Below, piece after piece: positions 53,650 to 64,000 of a stretch of 64,000 nt of DNA. The notes below the pieces were generated by a model, which saw nothing but the letters and a program-made list of their open reading frames with translations, was not told the DNA's origin and did no database searches. Each line of letters starts with the position of its first letter. Positions within the stretch are counted from its first letter, which is position 1. The DNA is from Epiperipatus broadwayi (Eukaryota; Animalia; Onychophora). The stretch is from NCBI GenBank assembly GCA_028023455.1, contig JAQFVV010000009.1, forward strand, positions 3,348,001-3,412,000, given 5' to 3'. Both the position numbers and the translations under genes were made by a program.

Positions 53650-55610
53650 TTTTTTCATAAAAGAAAAAAAAGAAAAAAAAAAGATATATCTTTTATTTTG
53701 ATGAGATGTAATTAGAAAGAGAAGAATAGGTAGACGATAATTTATCTGCTGGTTTTACTAAAATCCAAGATTCATCTTCAGAAAAATTAAATAACTGCTG
53801 TGACAGTGAAAAAACATCTGATAAACAGAGAAGTTCTAGGTCGTTGGAAACTGAGCATTTTGTGAGCAAGCATATTAGAAAGAAATAATTCAGTAATCTT
53901 TAGAAGGATATGCTGAGTGTTAGAGACAAATATCTGGAGGAAAAGATAAAATGGAATCTTAAGAAAAGACAAGGTCTACAATAAAGTTAGAGATAGTGAC
54001 TCTGCCAGTATGAATAATCAAATTGCTGACTTTTTTGGATTACATTTTAATGAAAACTTTAATAAACAGGACATGAATTATCTTTATAGATGAAAAATAT
54101 AAACAAGAGGATAGAAAGAGAACAATATGTTTAATGGGTACTGAATCAATAGCAGTCTGGATACTAAGCTGGACAACGACTGAGTCATACTTATTACGTT
54201 TCTGGACCAATATCTATTACCAGCCTAAATGGGAGAGGTAAAGAAGATCTCAAACTTGTTCATTTATAATAGATTTCAAAATCTTCACTCCTAATAGACT
54301 CATGAAGATTGGTCTAATGTTAGAAAATAAAGAAATTAGAATTGAAGTTTAATAAGAAATATTTTGTTCATCTAACAGTCTCATTATAAAATACCTAGGT
54401 ACTGAAATATGAACAACAGAATATTATGTATCTCTGGGTAAATAGATTCAATCATTTTGGCAAGTTATTTTGTTTTATTATATAACTGTGTGAATGAATC
54501 TTGTATAGGGCATTTTAAAAACAAAAGATTCAGGCTGACATGAATTTATCTATCAGTTTTCTTTAATGTGTATTAAAAGAGAAACAAGTATGCTTTATCT
54601 GATTAGTATATTTCTATCAACTACAATTGCATATGGGGACATATGAGGACAATCAAATTACCAATAGATATATCCCTTTGATCAATGGTATGAGCTCTTA
54701 TGACAAATTTTCCTTTTCTTTGCTGATATATTTTTCTTAAATTTTTCATTTGCTTTGAATGTGCATTATTAAGGATCTAATTATTTTAAGGCATTTCCTT
54801 AGAGGGAATCACTTGAGAAATTTCCTTATTCAAAATTGTGTCAAAGTTCATGTGGATGGAGGAGATACCTTGTTAATAAGTACCATAGTTGTGAATATAA
54901 TAATGATAAGCTATTCCAGGCAGAAATTGGATCTAAATGAAGAGTTTTCAATTTAAATATGAGACTACATTTATATCTGAAACTAATGATGCTGTGGTTC
55001 TTGTATTAAGTAAAATCTAGTATGTTCAGAAAAAATAGATAGAAAAAAATAGGTCAAATACAATAAAAAGTCATCATATATATGTGTGTGTGGTGAATTA
55101 AATGTTTTTGTGGATTGTTATTATGATAATAGAAATGAGATAATATTCATTAAATAGTGAGAGTAACTTTAACATTTGTTGTTACCAAAAAAAAAAAAAA
55201 AATCTCAATTACTATTAAATGATAATTCCTGAGGCTAATCAAGTTTTACTTATAAACCTATAACAGCTATTTTGTTAGGGGTCTTTTGTTGAATTAAAAG
55301 GGGTCCTATCACTTTTACTTTAAAGTCAAGTTCTTATATGGATTTAAACTCAGAAGGTTATTTTTTATAAGTGTGAGAATGTGAAAGAATAGCATCTTCC
55401 TTGACATTCTACAAATAATATTTTTAACTTCTCCAGAGTTGTATATGTTGGAATTAAATGTTTCTATGAATTGTTGTTATAATAATTAACAAAAGAACTA
55501 TTATAGGTATATGATTAAAACTTACTTAGTCTCAGGAATTATCAATTAGTAGTAATTGAGAATTTCTTGGTAACAACAAAGACTAAAGTTTCTATTTCTA
55601 TTTAATGGAT

Positions 55611-55626
55611 ATTATCTTCTCATTTC

Positions 55627-55668
<42 letters not shown>

Positions 55669-55679
55669 GAGAAGATAAT
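55611..55679. repeat. 69-bp palindrome: 19-bp unique inverted arms around (TA)15
   Basis: attatcttctcatttctat-t(at)15-atagaaatgagaagataat; the arms are exact reverse complements. Confidence 0.95.
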
Positions 55680-55686
55680 TTAATTA

Positions 55687-55726
<40 letters not shown>

Positions 55727-55900
55727 TTTAAATTAAGAAAAATGTGTAACTCAGTTACAATATTGCTATGTCCTGAGAGTATTAATTTAATACCAGTCAA
55801 GAAGCATCAGTAACTTTTAAATAAATTTAAGTACAACTTTATAGTAACAAAATAAATTTATTTTAATGACTATAACTAAATAAGAAAAGAATAATGAGCA

Positions 55901-56249
55901 GTTCAGTTGATTATAGCACTACCTTAAAATTCAGTATTCAAGAATCTAAAAATCCAAAAATCAATTGTCATGCAAGTACTACCAATGGTCAGAGTATTAC
56001 CTTAAAATTCAATGTTTAAGAATTTAAAGGTCTAGGTTTGATTACCATGCTAGTACTGACACTAGTTAGGCTAACAACCCCTAAAGAAGAGAGAATACTA
56101 CTACTTGAGATATTGTGTATATAATATCCAGTGAGCCATTACTAACAATTGCATGTAATTGGAAAATTTAAATAAAGTTTAAAAAATTTTCATAAGACAT
56201 TTAATATTTAATGTTAGATGATGGAAATTATCCAACATATAAGTACATA
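55901..56249 (+). mobile_element. Second, more diverged copy of the tRNA/hammerhead/tail SINE, with a tandemly duplicated head
   Basis: Aligns with 20801-21078 throughout (catgctagtactg.cact.gt.ag.c.a.caac.cct.aagaa ... attactaaca.ttg.atgta.ttggaa.atttaaataaagtt ... atggaaat). The head occurs twice (about 55901-55980 and 55984-56056). Confidence 0.75.
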
Positions 56250-57801
56250 TAGCATTTCTTCTTTATTATTCTTGGCCTGAATAACATATAATACTTCCTT
56301 GTAATATAAAATTTCCCACTCCAGATCATTTTATTTCACCAACAAAATCTGTGTTTATCTTGACAGATCAAACTGCTTTTGGTTACAATACATAAATTTA
56401 AGGTTCTAATGGCATAGTCTTACAGCTTGAGATTTGTACTTTCTATATAAAGTTCATTAATAATTAGGCATTTAAATATATTATATAAGCTAACATCACT
56501 GTAAAATATTCTTGGCTCTTTCTTAATAATATAATGAGTGCTTTCACACTTAAGACTCACTATTTAATGAGATAACTTCTTTCTGCTTCATCATGCTCTT
56601 AATGATTTTCAATACACTGTGCAGGAATACAGTAATTTATAACTGCCTTATTGTGCACAGATTAAAATGACATTTATCTATTAATAAAGACTATGATCAA
56701 CTGCTAATACACACACCCATATATATATATTATACTTTATTTGTTTTGGTAACAAGTTGCATTGGCAATTTATGATTCTAAATTACCAAAAAGAAAATAT
56801 TTTTCTTTTTAAATATCTGATTGTATTTTTTTTTTTTTTTTAGACAATGTAAGTTATATATTTTTTGTAAGGTAAAGGGATTAAAAAGAAGATATAAAAA
56901 GAATAACAAAGTGTTATTTGGATTTTTGCTAAGATAAGAAAATAAATTCTTGTTGTAAAACAAATAGCAATACTTTAAGTTATAATCACAGCATTCTTTT
57001 GCCGTCATCAAAGATGGCCACCAAGTGGGGAAAAAGATGACTTTGTGAACAAATTACTTTAAATTTTGTCAAAGTTAAAAGGTGTCTTCAGGTTGTGTGT
57101 AGCAGATTAAAATCAGAGAGGGGGTATAAAAAGCAAATACATCATGCATCAGGAATCTTAGATCTTGGTCTTCTAAAGAAAACTGTTTAATGTAAAACTG
57201 ATTTTCTATGAAGTCATAAAGATTGCACCAAGCTATTCTCACCAGCATATTGAATCATTGTAAAATGTATGAGTAGAGAATGTTCATTTGCCAATGTTTC
57301 TTTCTTCCCGAAGTCTTAAAATGCAAGAATGAAGCCATCATCTACCTAAATCTTGAACCCCAGACTACCTACAAACTACAATAAGAGAGTATAACAGATC
57401 TCCCTTAGGAGAACAAAAATATGCATGGTAATCTACATAGTGTTTTAAATTGAACAATACAATTTACCGATAAGAGACTTTATTTCATAATTCAAGTAAT
57501 CACTTTCTTGAACTATAAAGATAGCAAATGCTGTGTTGCATCAGACTATACAAAAAAAAAACCCTGAATCTTAGAAAACAATAGTATTTAATAACCATTT
57601 GAATTTATTTATTTTTATACTGTTATTCTCTATTTAGTTTTTAAAATAAGCATAATTATAATTTAATAAATCATAGTAATATAACTTGCATTGTTATCTA
57701 TTTAAGTTTATCATTAATAGAATAGAATTATTTAAATTCAACAATTATTACATTACCAAATAAATTTCCAATGCTGTTTTAGAAAATACAATTGGCATTG
57801 T

Positions 57802-58561
57802 TTAATTAGCCCCTGTACATTGCTTAGTGGTGCTGTTTCTGTACAAAAATACAGAAATATGCAGTTTATGTGGCTGAACTATGGCATATAGAATAGTTCT
57901 GTTCACATTAGCCATTATCAGGCCTAGATGGCATTGCACACAAATATTACAGCCCACTGATATGCTTCATGACATTGTGCAAATAGTGCACACTTCACAG
58001 ATCACTACCATATGATGTGAGGAGGGTGTACCTAATTCAACTGGTCATAACTCTTTTAATGTGCATTCAAAGTAATAATCTTACACTCTAGCTGATGTAA
58101 TATTACATACTAATAATTGTAAGCCTGTTTCCATCCTTCCCTAAACAGTTTGGAAGGTGAAAAGAATTGCAAAAGGGTAAGGTTCAAACACTATTTTTCA
58201 GAAGTCACATGAGTAGGCACGTTTTCACGAGAAGAGCAACAAAACAAGCTTTGTTTGATCAAAGTAATGCATATTTTGGACGATCCTTTGGATCAGCAAA
58301 ACCATTTCCCCCCTTTCACATTTCAGTACTATGCACTGAAATTTAATTTAATGGAATTTAATTTAATTTGGGCTGATTGGTTTGTTAATCAAGTGGTTTT
58401 TTTTTTAATTTTTGTTTAAACATTTCATTTACTATTAGAAGAATAATGTACATTTTTAAAATTTAAAAAAAGTGTTTTGTTTTGTCCCAGCCCAGAAACA
58501 TTATATTAAAATGTTTTTGCACAGAAACAGCACCACCAAGTGATGTACAGTGGCTAATTAA
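57802..58561. mobile_element. Non-autonomous DNA transposon with about 46-bp TIRs and TTAA (or TA) flanks
   Basis: ttagcccctgtacattgcttagtggtgctgtttctgtacaaaaata matches the reverse complement of 58512-58557 at about 40 of 46 positions. TTAA lies at 57802-57805 and 58558-58561. Confidence 0.75.
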
Positions 58562-59099
58562 AGAGTATCATACAATCTTTCGGGCATAGCAAATAATTTT
58601 ATAATAGTAACTAATTAAGTTAGGGGGGTAAGTTAGTGGATTCTTGTATAGAATTCCAGCACCTTTCAGATAAATTAAAAACTGGTTCTATCCTCAACTA
58701 TTATCCGAGTTTAGTTACATTAAATGGCTCGTGTGACCAGGAAAAATAATTGCGCTCGATAAAATTACCAGACATATTTGAATGAGGGAATTAGCAAATC
58801 AAATGTAATTTGGTCACTGAATATAAACATAAATCATATAAACCCTAAGATACTTATACTCATGAAACCTTAGATAGAAAATTTATAAAAGAAATCTAGG
58901 ATATAGGTAAGATTTCCTACAAGAGATATCAAGAATCATTCTAAATCAATATAATTTAACACATGATTATCTCAAATGTATTATGTAATTATTGAACTGA
59001 CTTATGCAAAATTTTATGATATATCTCATAGGAAATCTGCTGTTTTAATAATTTTTATCTCTTTGGTTTTAGATTAATAGATATCTTACAGTCACTAAT

Positions 59100-59900
59100 T
59101 GATGATCACTTCCTGTGCAGAATTTATTAAAAACATTACCTATCTTCTGTTAGCCAAAATGTAATCTAATTCTGCTGTATCTTCATTTGAATGCTTCCAT
59201 GCCCATTTCTGCTCAGAAATTCACAAATGTTCAATATTTCTTTTTCTGTGAATTCCACAAGCCTATGGCTTCTTTCATTTTTATCACTATAACCAAATAT
59301 ACTCACAACACTTTCATCTTTTGAACATTTATCAATTTTAGCATTAAAGTCTCCCATGACAATTTTAAAATGTTTATTTTGATCAAATGCACTTTTTACA
59401 TTCATACACAAATCTTCTAGTTCTTCATATGAAAACTTATTAGGCCATAAATCAGAACTATCTGCATTTGGTATCTTCAATTAAGTTGAATAACTAATCT
59501 TGCCACTGTCTGATATGTCATAAATCTCTACAATGATGTTCTTCCACTATTTATATATAATAAATACCATTCCATGTATACTTCTAATATTTATGTCTTT
59601 GTAGTAGAATACATGCTCACTTTTTAAATCAATTGTATCTTCAATTTTTTTCTAACTTCACAAAGTCCAACAATGCCCACTTTAATATTATATAGTTTTT
59701 CCAATTTATAAAATCTTCCTTCACTTTAATAAAGATCATCATCAAATAGCAGCCTGAGTCCACACCAAAAAAATTCTTATCACTTTCATTTTAGCAACCA
59801 TTTACCACTTTGTCTGGCAATCTTTTAACCTCCTGGAATTAAAAGCACTATAATTTAATTTTGTTCATCATGATTTTATAAATACACATTAAAAAAAGAA
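59100..59900 (-). mobile_element. RTE-clade LINE 5' fragment (APE endonuclease)
   Basis: NIKVGIVGLCEV, FKIVMGDFNAKI and FGYSDKNERSHRLVEF (ORF 59166..59480). Confidence 0.8.
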
Positions 59901-61768
59901 GTGATCATTCACACATACATTCATTCTACTTTCAAAAACCTCAACAGATATTTCAGATTAAAAACTATCAGATAACCATGTTGTTTCTTGATATTAAACT
60001 CAGAAGTAAAAAGACAATAAATTCACTACAGTGGTTGAAGCATGTTGGAGACACAGCCCACCCATGTTCATTTACTATATGAATAATTATTTCATAATAA
60101 CAGCTACAATGGCAAGATCATATAAAGTGAACATTAAGAATTTGCCCTGCTCAGTTTCTTTAAAGTGTAAGAGAAATTAAAGGATCTTCTTTCAGCTAAG
60201 AGAAATAAATCTCTTCTGCAGTCTTGAGTCTAATATAAACCTTTATCTGAATATGAACTGAATATTAATCAAACTGCACAGATAACATATTAAGTTAATA
60301 AATATTTATTTCCAAAATAAATTTTGCAAGACATATCAAAATGGCAGAAATTTTCATTAGCAATAGTCAATTGTATTGAAAATACATGTGTATTATTTAC
60401 CTTTGAGCAGGTAATGCATATGTATTTAATACATACACACATAGAAATTTTTCTAAAATTTTGTTTTAGATCTGTATATTTGATTATATTTTATGCTATC
60501 TTTAAACAAGTTGATTAAACACATGATAAAACAATTCTATCCTTCCTTTATTTTATTGCACTGTTTAAAATTTCTGTGCTCAGTTTCCATTCTTTTTCAT
60601 TTCACAAACCTTCATATTTTATGTCTATTTTCTACAAAATACTTTTAAAAAAATACCAAGATGGTGCAGCAATAAATTTAAATTAGGGTATTATAGTGAA
60701 AAACTGATGGCAGTTTGCTATTGTTTGACATCCACTAATAATTAAGTTTTAAAATCTCAAAAGTTAAACTGCACCATACACTAATTAAACTTCTGATAAT
60801 AAAATGTATAAATGAACTGATACTACTAAAATTAAATTAGTGATATTGGCTTCTTATTTGCCTTACAAATGTATTTAAAGAAAAATGACTTGTATTTTTT
60901 TTTTCAATATGATCTTTGCTTGCAAGAATAATTGTGTATTGAATATTTTCTTTTGATCATAAATACTTTACTTTATTGTTAAAATGTTTACATCAATTCT
61001 TTTTTCTTAGATCTAAAAAATAAAATATTTTTATATTAAGCTTATTCATCATCATTAAGAATTATAAACTTTTCAGTTAATTTTTTGGATAAAGTATTTG
61101 TTTTGGATTATTACATAAAATATTAAAGAAAAATGCAAAAATATAGATATGTTTGTTGTAGAATCTTCCACACTGAATGCATGAAAGTATTTGTAACTGA
61201 AGCTTAAGATTAAAATATTTTTAATAAAACTCTTTGTCCAGAGAAAGAAAGTTTCATTAAACAAGCAGATAAATTAAAGTTTTTTGAAGGACTAGAGTAT
61301 CAAATAAAAGTAGACCACTTAGTATTAGAATTGCAAGTTCTAACTTGATTTTTTTTATTTTTGGAATTTCTATATTAGTCAATGAAAGATTAAGTATGTT
61401 AAAAATTTATATTGCAATAATACTCATGCCTACATTAGTTAGTGTTTATAATTCAAATGTTAGATTCAAAGCATTCAGAAGAAGCTTTTATTTCTTATAA
61501 TGTTATTACATCATTATCAATAAAAAGCCTGATGGTTTACCACAGCAGTAGAGAATTTGACTTAGGATTGAGAGATCTCAGGACTGATTCTGGCACTCAC
61601 AATAAAAGATCTACCTATAGTAAATAAACTGAACACAGCAATAAAAGATACTGGTACTATAATGTGTTAATGAAATAATATTTCTTTAGTTATTAGTTTA
61701 TTAGTTTATATGTTATTTAATAAACATATATTATATAATCATTTGCAGATGGTGTATTTTTTTAATGA

Positions 61769-61841
61769 AAAATGTACTTGTAAGCATTGGTGGTCGAGAG
61801 GTCAGCACAGCCGATGCTATGACACATAAAATGTACTTGTA
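61769..61841 (+). mobile_element. 45-nt internally deleted tRNA-Gly SINE between 14-bp target-site duplications
   Basis: aaaatgtacttgta at 61769-61782 and 61828-61841 flanks agcattggtggtcgagaggtcagcacagccgatgctatgacacat. Confidence 0.85.
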
Positions 61842-63469
61842 GTGGTTTCATTTTTTATCACCCACTCATATTTCTGACTATTACAATAACAAACATATGA
61901 ACTCTCTTTATCAGTTACTAAGAATATATTCCTAGATCTTGTGTATAGTTTGAATTGAATAATTTCTTTGTTTATACTCATTTAGCCATATATGGTAACC
62001 TTTTTTAGATCAGATGTTAATTTTTTTTGTAATATATTGTTGTCTAAAATACATTTATATCATCAAAGATAAATAAATAGATAGCACACTAGTTTTATTT
62101 TTGGGTTTTGCATATCATGTGTACCTACCAAAGTTATACTTAAAATAATAATCAATAAATAGAACATTTTATAAAAATTACAAATGTTTTATAGAAATTA
62201 ATGGAAATTCAAAAAAAAAAAAAAGGTTAAAGTGTCAGTGTAAAATTTTATGTCTGCTTTTATAGAAATAATATTAAAATACAAGTTTTAAAAAAATATA
62301 ATTTTAATGAAAAAATAGTATAAAGTTTCTCTCCTTCCACTTTCATTCTTTTTAAGAATTTAAGTAAAAAATAGTAAAAATGAGCTCAATATAGTACAAG
62401 TGTAAAGAAATTAAATCCAAAAAAGTTATAAAGAATATTATTTAAATACATGTATAGTATATATAGGTTAAACTAGAATATGCCATCATCAGATTTTCAC
62501 TGATATGGAATGGAGAAGATTGAAGCATGTTCATTAAAGATTGAAAATTTGCTATTTTAATATAAACCAAGCACTGATAATATATATGTGTGGTAGATGA
62601 TGATCCAGATCCACTGATGAATGCAGGCTCAGCAAAAAAAATATGTATATTGGAGATCATTTATTTTTTCCACCTGTATGTGATCAGCTGTATCGGTTGT
62701 ATAAGATGAAATGGATAATAAAGAGTATTATTCTTTTTTTTAAAAAAAAAATTAAAACAAAGTAGCAAAAAATAAGTGACTCTTTTTTTTTATTATCAGT
62801 GATACACAGTGTGAATGTTTTAAAGGAAAACTACAATGAAGTTCTGATTGCTGTTTCTATTCTGATCCATAACATTTAATCAGCATATGTAAAAGAGATA
62901 AGTCTGTAACAATTCTGGGTATGTGTCTCTCATCTTCAAAATTTTGCATTTGGTTTCACCCCAAGAACATTTCAGTCACTAACATGTTAGTTCCAGTAAC
63001 AACATATTTGACATATAAATATTGGAATCCCTGGCATTGAATTTGGTATATACTGAACATTTATAAGATGGACCCAAGCATGCATTTTCTTTTAGTGATG
63101 AGAATTAGTCAACCCTCTTTTCAAGTCCAAACACCCAAGGTTCATCTATTTGAGGCCTATGGTTTTAGATCATGAGATCTATTTACTTTCCCCTGATTAA
63201 TAGACAACAACATCTGTGGGAAAATTTGTCTAATTGAATTGTTCATTCATCTTTTCTATTTAATCACAAAATATAGTTATTCAATATTTATCTATTTATT
63301 TATATAATTTTAGAAAAATCAAACAATGATTAAATATTTTATTATTGTAAAAGTATGCATCAAATTTAATGCTGACAGCATTTGATTGCACCATAGTACA
63401 TTTATTGATTAGTATTTTCAGTACGGCTTCAGTGACTCCATGTGGTATGGAAAACCAGAAAATAAAATT

Positions 63470-63880
63470 AAGAGATTTACTACAGGTATGAGATTTCTCT
63501 ATTCTCTTTAGCAGCTAATAGGAATGCATTTCTAGATCTTGTGTGCAATTGAGATAATTGATTTCTCTATTTGTAGTCATTTAGCCATATATGTAATAAA
63601 TATTCTGTTATTTATATATTGCACATACATATGTAATATAAATAAAGTCTAATTTCTCTGGGTTTGGCTCATCATATTTAACTTCAATCTATTGGGTGCC
63701 TGAAATATAAATTATCAAATGAATTGTACAAACCTATTCAGTCTATTGCAGGAGAGAGATATAATCTCATTTTTAACCATATGCAATGAAATACAGAGTA
63801 AATTTACTGCAATAAATATTCTGTTATTTATATAGTGCACATATGTAATATTATAGACAAGGACTAACACCTCTGAGCAT
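63470..63880. repeat. Diverged repeat with an internal duplication about 215 bp apart; related copy at about 61890-62000
   Basis: aataaatattctgttatttatata.tgcacata occurs at about 63595 and about 63811. tctagatcttgtgt...tcatttagccatatatg occurs at both about 63531 and about 61930. Confidence 0.6.
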
Positions 63881-64000
63881 GTGCTTTAATAATCTCGTAC
63901 ACTCTCCTGTGAAAATTGATTTTAACAGCATAAGTGTAAGCTTATGTTCAGAGTTTATTTGCTATAAAAACCAGTTTTTGCTCACCTTACTTAAATCGGG

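Noticed and set aside
54868-54932. Possible small exon DPISAWNSLSLLYSQLWYLLTR resembling CNG S1
   Set aside because: Similarity is too weak given how conserved the real exon is, and the donor (gtatct) is poor.
62614-62640. CTGATGA followed by a short TGC/GCA stem (possible hammerhead)
   Set aside because: No GAAA, stem III or cleavage triplet follows. Other CTGANGA hits outside the listed elements failed the same test.
4615-62660. Most short ORFs in the supplied track (60-110 aa, rich in F/I/L/Y/N/K)
   Set aside because: They are compositional artefacts of AT-rich DNA, microsatellites or antisense frames of LINEs, with no domain signal.

Overview
Very AT-rich (about three-quarters A+T by eye), strongly CpG-depleted animal genomic DNA. 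It is probably from an arthropod; one LINE resembles elements I associate with chelicerates, which is inference only. I can support just one host coding exon: a 294-nt minus-strand exon (25817-26110) of a cyclic-nucleotide-gated (CNG) channel alpha subunit, encoding the C-linker and the start of the cyclic-nucleotide-binding domain. No flanking exon is recognisable, so the rest of the window is probably two very long introns. These hold decayed RTE and other LINEs, Ty3/Gypsy remnants, a hAT (Charlie/Buster-type) fossil, a mariner, several foldback/MITE elements, a young truncated Penelope-like element (PLE) and two tRNA-derived SINE families. Four observations stand out: (1) a SINE family with a tRNA head, a Penelope-type minimal hammerhead ribozyme motif and a fixed tail (two full copies plus one headless inverted copy); (2) a hammerhead in the young PLE carrying the compensatory U3-A8 core variant; (3) a consensus AG|GTAAGT candidate recursive splice site on the CNG strand; (4) a low-GC island that retains CpG and may be a promoter. 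All identifications were made by eye and from recalled consensus sequences; no searches were run, and coordinates of decayed elements are approximate.
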